DNA of 63,565 nucleotides, counting the filler, from Neolecta irregularis DAH-3 (taxonomy: Eukaryota), in assembly GCA_001929475.1 (NCBI GenBank). It is 19 parts of 19 records of this genome, joined end to end, with 100 filler letters (N's around TTAATTAATTAA, not from the genome) between each part and the next. Parts side by side here need not be neighbours in the genome. Positions count along the whole stretch, not along the records: positions 1 to 4,290 come from LXFE01001514.1; positions 4,391 to 7,689 come from LXFE01001517.1; positions 7,790 to 13,120 come from LXFE01001526.1; positions 13,221 to 15,382 come from LXFE01001527.1; 15 more parts are not named here. One strand, given 5' to 3'. The translations under genes were made by a program, and so were the position numbers. A model generated the notes under the pieces. That model was not told where the DNA came from, ran no database searches, and saw nothing but the letters and a program-made list of their open reading frames with translations. Of this stretch, positions 1-13,525 are shown in pieces. How positions within the stretch are numbered: the first letter of the stretch is position 1; each line of letters opens with the position of its first letter.

Positions 1-76
1 AAACATCGAAAACTACCTCTCTGCAAACCAAATCGCCATTTTCAATCTCATTAAATCGATATCCCAACAAAGCCCA

Positions 77-1830
77 ATGAAATCCCCTTCCAAAGTATTT
101 CGCGCGCTATCGAGACCATCATCTCCAATAAAAGTATCAACCCTCCTCCGCCGTTCGAAATCAAAAACAGAACGATTTACGTTTCCAACGCACTCAAAGA
201 AACCGTCCGGGTTGGTAGAATCCACTGACGGAACGAAAGAGCAGCGAATAGTCCAAGCGATCGAGACATTTATTCAGAGATTAATAACAGATGAAGAACT
301 CGCTCGATATAAATTATTTCAAGTGCAAATCGAAAATGTACAAGTGGTTCGTGATCTTTGTGAATCACTTGTTAAAGATCCAAAACGGCGGTGGGCCGTC
401 GAAGGGTCGCCTTTTCCAATTGCATTGGCGGCGTTTGTGTATCTTTTGGACCATATCTTTGTGCGAAAGTACGGTTACGTGATATCTACGAGCACTGCCG
501 TCCAACTTCGCCAAATAACTGGTTCGTTTATTATTTTTCGGGTTGTTAAGCCATAGGTAATCTAACTGGAGATGAAGGGAAGAGGACAGTATTAAAAGAG
601 GTACTGGATGGCATTGGAGAAGATCGTTGGAGAGTGTTTAGTGCTTTTACAAAGCTTCTTCTTGCGTAAGGTGGGGTTTGTGATGCTTTGGTTGACGCTG
701 ATAGGTACCTTGAAAAGACTGAAAATCCTCCAGACAAGGAGGCCACGCTTGTTTGGGCAGCCCGTCTAATGGCGGGACCAATCAACAAGGATATATTTTT
801 ACCTGTACTGAATAATATCGTGGACGCAGGTTGGCATATGTTATTAAACACCACCAATAAGAGTAAGCTCTTCTTTTTCGAGGGTAGTTTTTCACTTACA
901 GTAAAAGTTTCTCGAGCAAGCAGTCAAATGTCTTCTGCGACTTCTTTCAGTAATTTATCAGGGTATTCGCTATCAGGAAGAAGTTCACATACAACATCTC
1001 AGAGTTCCCTCAAATCACATCGCAGTTTATCAGTCATGAGTTTATTGCCATCAAACGCCTCAAGATCTTCATCCGCCGTCTCTAATGGACTTGGACATAA
1101 GCGTTCAGCAACATGCGGTCGGTCTACTTCAAGTCTGGCAAGTCTAGATGAATTCGGGATGAGGCAGACAAAAGTCAGATCGTCCACAGTGGCTCTATCT
1201 GAATCCTATTTCCAATCTAAATTACGTATAAAAACTAATATCGAAGAAACCCTTTCCGTGAAAACTTCAGGTAAAGCGTCTCATTCAAAGAGTCTTATCG
1301 AAACTGATACGATTCGTGTTGTCTCGCCAGATGAATCGGAAATTCCTATAAAATCGTTAAATGTCTCCAGTAACCCTATAAGCCAAAATACAAAACCATT
1401 ATCTAGTCTACGAGAACTAACGCCAACGCCATCTAAAAGTTGTTCCAGCAAGACTACCGAAGGTTCACAACATGCTGCTGCACGATATGATTCGAAAACA
1501 CCTGTTGATAAAGTAAACCACGTTTCTGGAAGAACCACACAAAAAGCAACGATAAATGTAAATTACCTCCAAAACTCTGGTTCTAATTCACGTTTACAGC
1601 GTGGTGGTGATTTTCCAATTATTCCTCGTTCAACAACACAACGTCGCGAGTCAAAGATAACTGAGCAATCTCTTTCAGAGAGTTCAAATATCTCTGGGCG
1701 GCCGAGTCCTTCACCGCGAAACCTGCGACCTTCATCAACAGCGAGAGAAGCACATTTGTCACGGGGCCAGAGACTTGCGAAACAACAGCAGGAAATGAGA
1801 GAGAAACGGATACATAATACAAGCGCTTAA
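77..1830 (+). CDS. Hypothetical protein, about 3 exons, with a long Ser/Thr-rich disordered C-terminus
   Basis: ORFs 77-556 and 688-1830 join in frame through short GT-AG introns (~522-556 GTTCGT..ATAG and ~666-704 GTAAGG..ATAG); no family recognised. Confidence 0.6.
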
Positions 1831-2048
1831 TGGGGACCCTGACATTTTTGAAGCAGGACTGTAATTCTTTTACTTTGTTTTGACGAATATATACACGTCA
1901 TTTACCCTTTTTGTACATTGCATTTTTTGCATATTTCTTTTTTACTTTTGAATGAATCAATCATTTTCATCCAAGCCTATCGTCATGGTTTTGGGGTGTC
2001 GGGGAACACCATAATCCATTCACTTGCATTCTTCTACAATTAGTAACC

Positions 2049-3298
2049 ATGAAACATTGGTTACAATCCAGGTAGTCCTGTGCCTTTATTAATATTAATT
2101 TTTACAGCGTAGCGAGCGTTACCGGGACGGCTGAACCTGTCTATGGAAAGGCAGCTATACATTCAGTTATAGATCGCGTATCCAATCAAAATCCATATAC
2201 AGAACTCTCCTCAAAAGATCTTGAATGGGAACTCCCTTCATCTAGTCATGTTGAAACTCAAACTTTCTACCTAATTGCTGATTCAGGACACATATGCTTT
2301 GTGCAGGTCATTCAATCGAATATAGGGTACCGTGCCCTGTTTCTTGCACGATACCAATTATAGATCATGGAGTTCTACAGCTCAATTTGTATGCAGAGTG
2401 TTTCATCCAAATCACCCAGAACACTCTGCTTGGTCGTCTACAAATCTCGAGCAAGCGCATATCAGCGATGACAAGAAATCCTTCACGGCAGATCGCATCT
2501 CTCTCGTTTTGTCGTCGGATGAAAAGAAGTATACTCTAGGTGCCTCAGTCAGTCGCTCTACAATCGTTGATATTGTATTTGAACGTGACGCCCCCAGTTT
2601 TAAAATTGGAAAAGATGGAACAACGTTATTTGGAACGGATATTGAAAAACCGTGGGGTTCGATGAAGCATTTCTTTTGGCCTCGGGTAAAAGTCTCTGGG
2701 ACGATTATTGTCAATGGAATCGCTATCGACATTGGCGGTATAGGAATGTACATTCATGCGATTCAGGGTATGAAGCCGCATCACCTTGCTTCTTCGTGGA
2801 ACTTTGTCAGTTTCCATGGACCTACAATATCAGCTGTCATGATGGAATTCACTACCCCCCCAAGTTACGGATCTACAGCAGTCAACATTGGTGGAATTGT
2901 ACGAAATAATGATATTGTTGCCTGCACGGTGAATAATGTTGCGAAGCACGTGGAGACGGTTCGTGATGATGAAACTGGATGGAAAGAACCCACAACTGTC
3001 GAACTTTCCTGGAGGGGAGTCGACGCTCGTTCAGGGACGATTGGTGTAGAAGCCCATATGAATGCCAATCTCAAAACCAAGATTGCACGACTTGACATAT
3101 TGGCAGAGATACCGCCTATCTTGAAAAATATCGTCCACGGTCTCTCAGGAACCAAGCCATTTATTTATAAAGTATGATTGACTCGATATATTCAGCTAAC
3201 TTAAGTTTGCCAATACTGCAAAAATATCCCTGAAAATTGGGCAAGAGGTCATGGAAGAGGAGGGTGTTTTATACAACGAAGCAACTTTTATTAGTTAA
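2049..3298 (+). CDS. SVF1: Survival factor 1 (Svf1 family)
   Basis: Spliced product MKHWLQS..SVTGTAEPVYG..HVETQTFY..FVQVIQSNIG..HFFWPR..HAIQGMKPHHLASSWNFV..MMEFTTPPSYG..GTKPFIY..YNEATFIS*; 3 short introns. Confidence 0.9.
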
Positions 3299-4390
3299 TA
3301 AAAGAAAAAGAGACTTTGAATTTCTTTTCATTGAGGAGCATTTGGTATTAAAGTAAGCGAATATAATCAAACTGATTTTTGATTTTTCGTCAAGTAACAT
3401 CAGACTTTTTTCTAGGTTATTCTCTCACGTTGTTTGATGTCAGTCCAGCCCTTAAACCTTGTTCTGTCTCACCAAGAAATGTAATTTACTCACACCCCAT
3501 GGTGGGGTTGGGTGTTCTGAGCAGTGTGGAGTAGAAAAGAAATAATGAACCTTTAAGTTATGTGAGTGGCAAGCTGTCGCTCCTCTTTCAGACTGTGTCA
3601 CACACCTTTAACCCAAGATGAAATATAATCATACTGTTTAATGACGTTGATACTCGAAAATGATTCTCTGACAACCCCCTATTCGTTCAAGATCCGTGTC
3701 CCTTGCAAGTTGCCATGAGTACAACGTTGTTTTTGCAAATCTGTGTCGCAGTTCCCGCTTCGTTCGGTGTTATATGTGGAGTCATGTTGACGATTGACGC
3801 GTGCGAAAGGAAAGTTTCACAATTTGAGCCTTTCTGTAATTGGAACCAAATGGCTTGCAAATTCGCTTTTGACGAAATATGCAAATGTTCGCCACTGGCC
3901 ATGAGCTCTAAATGTATGGATCACAAGACTCTTGTCAAGGAAAAAGAACTATGGTAATGCATACGCTTGGGTTTAAATTTGACATCTCAGGATCCCATAC
4001 AATTCGAAAGATATTACAAGATCATTGAACTCTGCTCGAGCAAATCAATTAGAACCAGTATCTGATGCTCTTTTTACCGCAGCAGTTTATGCATCGTGGG
4101 CCTCAATACCTCGCGATTCTCGAGTCCTTACCGATTTTCATGCATTATTCGTCGACATGCCAAACCATTATAATATCCCCCACGATTGTCCGCGCTGTCC
4201 TCCCGCTTTTGGAAGGTCAACACTCTCTTTAATATATTTACAACCGCATGTACTACGATTACCAGATGGGATTGAACATCAAATCCTGGTNNNNNNNNNN
4301 NNNNNNNNNNNNNNNNNNNNNNNNNNNNNNNNNNTTAATTAATTAANNNNNNNNNNNNNNNNNNNNNNNNNNNNNNNNNNNNNNNNNNNN

Positions 4391-5400
4391 TGTTTAGAAA
4401 TATATTGCTGAGTCTGTTTGCGATTGTGTTTGTGAGTAGCCTTTAGGTACTTGCATCCTGCTGCAAATTTCATCAATATAATGGATTGTGAACTCACACC
4501 CCAGGACCTCACAGAAATAAAGGCTCCTATTCTCCCAACTATGAAGGTGGTGAACCTTACTGCAGGTGATCTTAAGGAAATATAGTCTACAGTTTTCCTG
4601 GCTAGATATGCTAAACCAGCTGGAGGGGCTGTTTCAGCCAAACTTCAGTTGGAGCATATGGGCCTAGAAGAAGATGAGGAACTGGGTTGACCTCAAACCC
4701 AGCCTTTACATTTCACTATGAAGTCCTCATTGGTCATGGTCATGATTAATGGTACCCAGGTTAAAGCACTCCAGGACAATGACTCTTAAATTTGTGTCAT
4801 CTCAATGAAACTTGTTGAAAACCTCAGGTTAATGATGGATGATACACTCAATCTCAAGATGAGCATTGCTGATGGCCTTTGTTCAAGAATCCTTATGGTC
4901 TGCACTCATGTACCTGTGCAGACTGGTAGCATTATGATTCCCATCCACATGGCAGTTATAGCAGACATGTTGTAATCAGCTCCTCTCTATGGAAGCTGAT
5001 CAATGGTGATATATGGAGGTTCTGTGCTCACTAATCACCACAGGTATAATCCCCCTGAATAGCAAAAGTTATCTATCACACAAATAGACAGGTTCAACCA
5101 ACTCTTACACTGGAGTAAGGCTAGCAACTCATGTGATATTTGCAGAGTATAATTATGTATAATCCTTAGCTCTTGATGTATCTTTCAAAGAGGTGAATGA
5201 TATGGTTCAACCAATGTACAGTGACATAGCCTTGGTAACTCTAGATCAATCCTGTTAACCCTCTTGAGTATAATCTCCAGTCTTGGATGTGAAGGAATAG
5301 GGGAAGTATCATTTAATAATTGACTGCCAACCCTTAAACCATGTAACTAAAAAAGATGCCTTTCAACCCCCCCTCATGAACGAAACCTCCACACTGTTCC
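4391..5400 (+). mobile_element. Degenerate Ty3/gypsy pol remnant (aspartic protease and start of RT)
   Basis: Interrupted frames give VMINGTQVKALQDNDS*ICVISMKLVENL (protease-like) and IIDCQPLNHVTKKDAFQPP (RT-like); many stops; almost no CpG. Confidence 0.7.
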
Positions 5401-5914
5401 CTTCAGATGATAACAAATCTGCATCTGGGTTCCTATTACCAGGAATGTGTTTAATCTCGAAATTGTATATGCAAATCATTGACTATCATGGCATTGGGCA
5501 TATCTTTGGGTGATCTGTTAACCATTCACAACAGGGTTCTAGCATCAGTTTCTATACTTATCTAACTGCCTGAGATCCACTAGTAGAATTTTCTAAGTGC
5601 CTTAACAAGTCCCAGACACTCCTTTTGTATTGTAGCATATTTCTCTTCTGCTTTGTTCCATGTACCTGATTTATAGTAGCAGGCATAGTGCTGACCCTGG
5701 TCATCTTCTTGTTGTAAGACCACTCCCCACTGCTATTCACTTGCATCTGTCATAAGAATTATTCAGCATGAGTAATCAAGTGGGGATCTCACTTAATAGC
5801 CCTTTCATATGGTACATAGCCTACTGCTCCTCTGGCCCCCTAATGAAACTGCACATATTTTTAGGTAAGGTCATAGAACAGTTGTATTATTTGGGAAAAC
5901 TCCTATAGTATGTA

Positions 5915-6341
5915 TGTAAGTATGCTGCACATACTCACAACATTCACTGTGGTCAGCACACTGTGTCACGTGACCCGCGACGAATTCTGCCAGCAGGACT
6001 TAGGGGAAACATAAGCAATATTCACTAATGCAACAAACCAGCTTATTACAACAAAATCAGTACCCCCATGATCAGAATTAGCTAATGGCCTACCAGGAAT
6101 CTCATATTAGGAATGTCCAAGGAGTCCCTATCAGTAAACAGTTCCAAACCCAGAAGAAATTCAAATGGCACTTAGAAAATCGAAATGACCACTCAAAGTT
6201 GCGCCTCGACAAGGGCTTTCCAACGATCTTAAAATCGCTGCCATTGGAGGTCTGTGGAGCTCACAAATCGCTTTTTAAAGATCTGATGGCTGAAATAATG
6301 TCACACCACTACCAGCCACTTCCGGAGTACATGCGGCTTAC
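5915..6341 (+). mobile_element. LTR-like repeat, TGTAAG family (end approximate)
   Basis: Begins TGTAAGTATGCTGCAC...TGTCACGTGACCCGCGACGAAT; matches copies at 17558, 31375 and (reverse) ~54565; lies upstream of the gag remnant. Confidence 0.65.
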
Positions 6342-6779
6342 CATTCCGGCTGATGCAACCCACCACAATGGACTACACCTATCCAAAACTGTATGTCTTG
6401 ATGCAGGATGATAATAGTCATCATATGAGACTATTTAGAGGAGGATAATTGGAAAGTTATATTTTGGGATTAAAAGCCATTCCCCATTCTATATAGCCTA
6501 GCCTGACTTCCCCTATGGAAGCAAACTTTACACCTACTACTTCAATAGATATAGTTCCTCTCTCAGTCACTATCATCATAGCTATGCCTATAGATATCAA
6601 ACATCAGGAAATTCAACATGAAGATACAACAGCAGTTGAAGAACACTATGCCACACCCAGAGCAACACCAGCAGTACAGCAAGCAATACCAGGACCTTAT
6701 GATAATGACCACCAGCAAATCAGATGAACACAATTAGAATCACCTCAACCCACTCACCAAACTATATCACACAGACCAA

Positions 6780-7689
6780 AGAGACTTCTGTTAACTGAAC
6801 CAAGTAAATATGATTGGACTGGAGATACTGAAGAATTGAAGACATGGCTTAGTGATTTGGAAGATTATTTTATACTGTCAGAGTGTGACAGAGAAGAAGG
6901 TAAGGATTTGTTGTATGCGGGATGGCTCCTATAAGGTGATGCTAAACATTGGTGGAAAGATAGGAAATACCACATCAAAACCTGGGACCAGTTCAAGAAG
7001 GAAATCCAGGACGAGTGTATCCCTGCAACAATCGATACTACACTGCTAGATGAATGGAACAGCTTACAACAAGGAAACTGGCCCCTGGACAGTTATGTCT
7101 CCAAATTGCAAAAATACAGAAGATTAATCACTCAAATCACTGAATGGGTAGCAATAATTAAGCTTTGGGAGGGCATGAACTCCAGAGTCTATGATAGGGC
7201 CAAGCCAATCACTCTGAAGAATGCATCCTTCCATGAACATTCAAGAATCACTGAAAACTTTGATGCATTCCTGAAGCACTCAGAACAATGCTATCTCTCA
7301 AACCGATTTGACCAGAATACCCAGATGAACAGGATCTACCCCCAGTATCAAAGAAATCCAAATCCAGGTCAACCTCAGCAAGTTTATAATCGAAATATGA
7401 ATCCAGTTCAACCTCAGCAAGCTTTAATCAGAAATGACCTAGCAAACCAGTAACTTCTAAACCTGTACCTTCAACCAAGTCATCACCATTATCACCACAA
7501 CAAAGAAAGTATCTAACAGACACCAATGGATGTTTCTACTGCTGTAAACCGAATATGAACCATTGGTCAATGAACTGCCCAGAACGATGAGGACCTACCA
7601 AGTATTGGAAGAAGAAGACAGAAGAAATCAACTTCATTACCCCAGAAATCAATGATGTTACCTCAGCAAGCAACAATGTCATTACCCCA
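6780..7689 (+). mobile_element. Degenerate Ty3/gypsy gag remnant
   Basis: EPSKYDWTGDTEELKTWLSDLEDYF..GDAKHWW..TWDQFKKEI..EWNSLQQG (Retrotrans_gag-like) and zinc-knuckle-like CFYCCKPNMNHWSMNC; stops and frameshifts. Confidence 0.8.
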
Positions 7690-8589
7690 NNNNNNNNNNN
7701 NNNNNNNNNNNNNNNNNNNNNNNNNNNNNNNNNTTAATTAATTAANNNNNNNNNNNNNNNNNNNNNNNNNNNNNNNNNNNNNNNNNNNNAAGCTGATTTT
7801 TCTACCCCACTTCTTCTGCTGAGGACTTAGTGAGATGTCTCTAAATATTGGAAAAATAGAACTAGCAGCAAACCAGTCACTTTTGATAAGAGTATTTGAA
7901 AAGATTTTGACTACAACTTATTTTGTCAGCAGAATCGCTGGCCACTCTTGTATGAAAATTTCGAGATTTCTTGGAATTTTGACTCTAACTTTTAGTCAGC
8001 CGCTAGAGGGAGCGAAGTACGCCAAGCCTCTTCGCAATCTAAAAATCTCTACACTTCGAAAAGTGCTATTACACAACGGCAGTGAATCATATCGTCGAGA
8101 AGATAAACTCTGATTGAATCTGCGTAGCGCCGACATCCCGATTTATTTCCTCGCTTGTCTAGGTTTTATACCAGAATCGATTCTAAATTCTATATCTCGA
8201 GCGTCTTAGCTTGCCTCAGTATCTAAAACTTGGCGAGACGATCCGATAACTATTATTTGTACAGCAGCTAAATCACCATGCTTCCTAAACGAAACAAATT
8301 CACTATGAATACACCAAAGCTTTTTCTCAAAAGGAGTTAAACAATGCTCATCTCTTGCATTTTAGTGCTTGAATCAAGATGATTTAAACCGACTGGTATT
8401 TAAGATAGCAGGGTTTAAACCTCATCCTAAACTGCATCCATAGTAGCTTGTGGCCCAAGTTAGCTCATGATCGTTTCAAAAAGAATCGTCCCTGTTCACT
8501 AAAAAGTTCATTAAAAACTATATATAGCGTATATAAAAAGAGGGAAAATAGGGGTGTCCTGCATCTAGCTTTTTTACCTAGAGTGATAC

Positions 8590-9959
8590 ATGCAAGTCAT
8601 CTTTTCGCTGTTGTTTTTCTTCACCAAGGGTCTTATAACCGGCGCTTTTGGCTGTACAAAATCCGACAATCCTCCTTTTCACGCTCAATCTTCAGTCTCT
8701 AATAACAATTACGGTAAAGTTGTCATTGGGTACTGGACAGATTGGCATGAGAAACTTCTATCGTACGAGAAAATTCCCTTTGAATATCTAACACATATTC
8801 ATTATGGTACTTCCATATGTTATAATGATATTTACATTCAAGCATTTGGTACTTTTGGCGCGGATTATAAAGTTCACTTCTTTACTAAGGATTATCTTGA
8901 AGGACTCACCCAATCCGCTCATGCGCATAACATAAAAGTTATCTTCTCCATTGGGGGATGGACCGATAGCGCATTCTTCTCCCCTATGGTTGCCGACAGT
9001 GCCTCAAGGGCAAACTTTGTTAAAGACTGTCTTGGGTTTGTCGAAAAATATTTTATTGATGGCATTGATTTGGACTGGGAGCATCCCGGTAAGGTTTATG
9101 TGATGCTGTTACTCATATTGTAGGACGACTTGGGGATAATTGCAACAAATTCGATCCGGTGAATGATACGTCAAACCTTCTCTTACTTCTCCAAGAACTC
9201 CGTGCTGCCCTTCCCGCCGAGAAAGAGATATCGCTTGCAGTCGGAGTGACTCCTTTCGATGGAGTGAATGGCCCTTTGTCTGATGTGAGCCAATTCGCGG
9301 ATTACATCGATAGATTGAACATTATGGTTTACGATCTGAGTGGACCTAGTTGGAGCCCGAAAACGGCTTCCAGTGCTCCCATGCGTGGCATGCAAAGCGT
9401 TATGTCTGCATTCGAAGCTTGGACTTCGGCCGGTATTCCTGTCACCAAGTTGTGTCTTGGTGTCCCTTTCTATGGGCGTGCTTGGACTTTGTTAGATGGA
9501 GATTCCCCGTCAACGAACGGTATCTCGAACGAACATGTCAAGGGCGTGGTACCCAAAGGCGATAAAGAAGATGTTCCTTCTGTTGATCAATGTGCAGGAC
9601 CAGAGGCTGTCTTCGGCGGTGTCTGGAATTTTCGTAATCTCATCGCTCAGGGTATCCTTACTGGCCCAAAATATGATCAAGCAATAAGTCCATGGAAACG
9701 GGGTTACGACAATTATTCGGAGACTGCATACGTTTGGAACAGATTAACAAAACAATTCATTACTTATGATGATCCTACTAGTCTCGAGGCCAAAGTCAAT
9801 TATGCGAAGAGCATTGATTCTGCCGGTATTATGTTTTGGGAAATGAGCTGCGTGTGTTTCCGCTATCATGATGTATGATAACTTATCTTCAAGGATGATC
9901 AAACCGAATGGCCGTTATTAAACTCGCTCCAAAACATTCGGGGTAGCGGCGAAGCATGA
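8590..9959 (+). CDS. Secreted GH18 chitinase
   Basis: Signal peptide MQVIFSLLFFFTKGLITGA; SIGGW; catalytic DGIDLDWEHP (DxxDxDxE); LNIMVYD; GIMFWE; 3 short introns. Confidence 0.92.
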
Positions 9960-10287
9960 ATATCCAGTATGATTACAAGTTTGCACGCATCCGCCCAAAA
10001 TGCGCACTACAATCGTGGAATTTAACTAGTTAAGTATAAGGCATCTATAAGCTGAGCGCCCGAAGTTGCAAATAAGTCTAGTGTTTATTCCTAGACTAAG
10101 TGTTGTAACTTAGGTTAGATACAACTATATACTGCTCTTTTATACTCGGTTTTTAATGGCTGTAATATTATCCAAGCCTCATTTGCGTTTTTCACACCAA
10201 GTCTGTTACAATCGACGTCTCCGGTACACGGCTGGATCTTCGCAGTATAAACGCCGACCATCCTCCTCTTCACCTCTATTTTCAAAG

Positions 10288-11497
10288 ATGTCCGGTAACA
10301 CTTGCGGTAAATTGGTCATTGGGTACTGGTCAGATAATGAATCTCTATCCTACAAGAAAATCCCCTTTGAATATCTAACACATATTAGCTATGGTATTCC
10401 ATACCCGGTAATGCTATTTACATTCAAGCATTTGGTACCTTTGGTGCGGATTACAAGCTTCAGTTTGGAAAGGATAGCCTTGAAGGGCTTACCCAATGCG
10501 CTCATGCGTATTTTACAAAAGTTATCTTCTCCATTGGGGGATGGGGAGGTAGCAAATACTTCTCCCCCATGGTTGCCGACAGCGCCGCGAGGGCAAGATT
10601 TGTAAACAATTGTCTAGATATTGTCGAAAAGTATTGTATTGATGGCATTGATTTGGATTGGGAGTATCCCGGTAACATATATGTGATTCAGTTACTCATA
10701 TTGTAGGCCGATTTGGGAATGCTGATACCATATTCGATCCAGTGAACGATACGCCAAACCTTCTCTTACTTCTCCAAGAACTCCGTGCAGCTCTTCCCGC
10801 CGAAAAGGAGATATCGCTTGCAGTCCGAGTGGCTCCTTTCGATGGAAGTAATGGCCCATTATCCGATGTGAGCCAATTCGCGGATTACATCGATAGATTG
10901 AACATTATGGTTTACGATATGAGTGGACCTAGTTGGAGCCCGAAAACTGCTTCTAGTGCTCCCATGCGGGATGCGCGCAGTGCTATGTCTGCATTCGAAG
11001 CCTGGACTTCGGCCGGTATTCCTGTCACCAAGTTGTGTCTTGGTGTCCCTTTCTATGGGTACGCTTGGATTTTGTTAGATGGGGATTCTCCATCAACGAA
11101 CGGTATTTCGAATGACTATGTCCAGGGCGTGGCACCCGGAGAGACTGTCTACCCTGATTCCTGGGATTTTCGTGATCTCGTCGCTCAGGGTATCCTTGCT
11201 GGTCCGAAATATGATCAAGCAACAGCTCCATGGAGACGGGGTTATGATAATTTTACAAAGACTGCATACCTTTGGAACAGATTAACAAAGCAATTCATTA
11301 CTTATGATGATCCTACTAGTCTCGAGGCCAAAGTCAATTATGCGAAAAGCATTGGCTCGGCAGGTATGATGTTTTGGGAACTAAAATGCGTGTGTTTTCG
11401 CTATCATGATGTATGAAAGCTGATCTTGAAGGATGATCAAACCAACTGGCCGTTATTAAACTCACTCCAAAGCATCCGGTATGACGACGAAGCATGA
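10288..11497 (+). CDS. GH18 chitinase, tandem paralog with no signal peptide
   Basis: MSGNTCGKLVIGYW..SIGGW..DGIDLDWEYP..LNIMVYD..GMMFWE; same three intron positions as the upstream copy and long near-identical DNA tracts. Confidence 0.88.
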
Positions 11498-12433
11498 ATA
11501 TCCAGTCCATTTACCTGTTTCACGTCTTCTTCGAAATTGCGTTCACGGCCGTTGGATCTTAATTGTAAATGTTCAAATCATCTGCGTGACGAAGAATTTC
11601 ATGGATTACTTTCTCTAGTAATTGTTTTCCTTGCAAGATCTCCAAAGATATCATTATGTAGAAGATATGAATTTTTCTATGATTAAAAGTTTTCAGGAAA
11701 TACCTTCTCTTCCCAACTGTGAATGATATTGTAGGCACACTAATTTGAATTTGGTGTTTATTTGGACTTAGGTTTGATAGTCATGCGCATATTAAGACAA
11801 ATACCTAACCTGAGTTACGTTCACATAACACAGGTTAAACAATTAAACCTAGTCTTATTTGTACCTCAGACGTACGACTTACGCCGACCACTAAGCCCAT
11901 CATTTCCAGATGTAAATCCACCCCTTTCGCCTGGGGAAAAAGAATCGCTTGTTTTCAACATCCTGTATCTCGAAGCATATATTTCCGGGTTCAGTCGTTT
12001 AACTACACTGAAACATATGATCATGTGGTACATATCTATACGAAGGCCCTACGAGATTAACTGAGGCTGCATATTAAGAGATTAGGTAATTTTGCTGTAT
12101 GGAATCCGGTCCTGTATCCTAATGTCCATGACTTGATATGATACACAGGTTATAGTTCTTGATGTAGTGCCCAATATGAATTCAATAATATGATATTGAG
12201 AGCATGGTCGCAGTGAGATCGAGAAAAGAGCATCACCAATGCATGAGCGACACAACAGAATGTGAAACTGAATAGATCCTAATGACAAAAACCGCACGAT
12301 GGCGTTGGGGTTCTGAAAATCCGCTCGATGAAACAATACAGTTCTGGAAATACATAAAAAGGGTCTTGGGTACCAACGGACTATGCAACTTGTTTACTAC
12401 AATTCCCACTAGTCAATCAGTTTGCCCTTTATT

Positions 12434-13120
12434 ATGTTTCCAAACGTCTTCTGGTTGATTGCGCTTTATGCGCTTCATATTCTCGCTGAATCGGATTTCG
12501 TTCATTTCCTTGATCTTCATTTTATTGGTGTAACAGATCGTTATCCTAGAGAAAATTACCGATTTAGTGGGAAAATGAGCTCTTACAGTTTTCCTCCGAT
12601 ACAGAGCAGTTACGAAGAAGCAATAGACCAGTGTGCAAATGAATGCATCCTTGCGGAGTATATGTGCAATTCATTCATCCTTACAGACCACAACGGTGGT
12701 ACATTATGTCTGAAATTTGTAGCCACTGCATCAGATTTGAGCTGGCAAGAACATCAAGGTGAAACTAAGAAAATAATCGCAGTATATGAGTAAGAATTAT
12801 GACGGAATGGCAAGTTTTGACATTGTAGTCTCCGTGTGCCGCGAAAATTTGATATGCTACCAGTATTATCTAACGATATTGGAAAGAAATCAGAGGAGCA
12901 GTGGACCAATCATCTATTACGAGGATACGACCTGCATCCAGAAACTTACCTTGCAACAAGCCTTTACGTGCCTTTTCTACTCGGTTGCAGGAAGTCTGCG
13001 ATGTTTGGCCAACCATCAAAAGGAGTCGATTTTGACAGTTTGCTTGCCAAAGGGCTTATTTTGAAGAATCATATTCATGATCCGGAAGAACGACTACGCA
13101 AATACAGTCGCATATCTCGG
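12434..13120 (+). CDS. Secreted protein with PAN/apple-like Cys module (3' end cut by gap)
   Basis: Signal peptide MFPNVFWLIALYALHILA; EEAIDQCANECILAEYMCNSFIL..CLKF; phase-2 intron 12790-12828 joins the 12836 ORF. Confidence 0.7.
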
Positions 13121-13525
13121 NNNNNNNNNNNNNNNNNNNNNNNNNNNNNNNNNNNNNNNNNNNNTTAATTAATTAANNNNNNNNNNNNNNNNNNNNNNNN
13201 NNNNNNNNNNNNNNNNNNNNCTTTGTGTAATTCTTCTAGTTCAGTCTTAAGTAATATGCAGTCTTTGGAAATTGCACCTGCGATATCTCATCTTCGTCTA
13301 ATGAGATCCATGACCCTTGGATGCTGGGAGTGATAATGCAGGTGAAACCTGCTATCCCTCGCCCTGCACTACCGACCAGATCCTCTCCATCCTCGAAATC
13401 TCCCTGCCCTGCCCTCTTCATCCGTTATCGCCGCTGCAGCCGCCGGAGGCGCGCTTTGGCCCGTCCCCAACATTGGCTGACTATATGGTAATTCTTCCCC
13501 TTTTTCACTTTCCAATGGTGTAGCT

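Noticed and set aside
3360-4290. Short ORFs and possible repeat remnant
   Set aside because: No recognisable protein or supported second copy.
4291-4390. Recurrent N45-TTAATTAATTAA-N43 motif at most gaps in the window
   Set aside because: Artificial contig linker (stops in all six frames); not a biological repeat. It also makes neighbourhood arguments across gaps unreliable.
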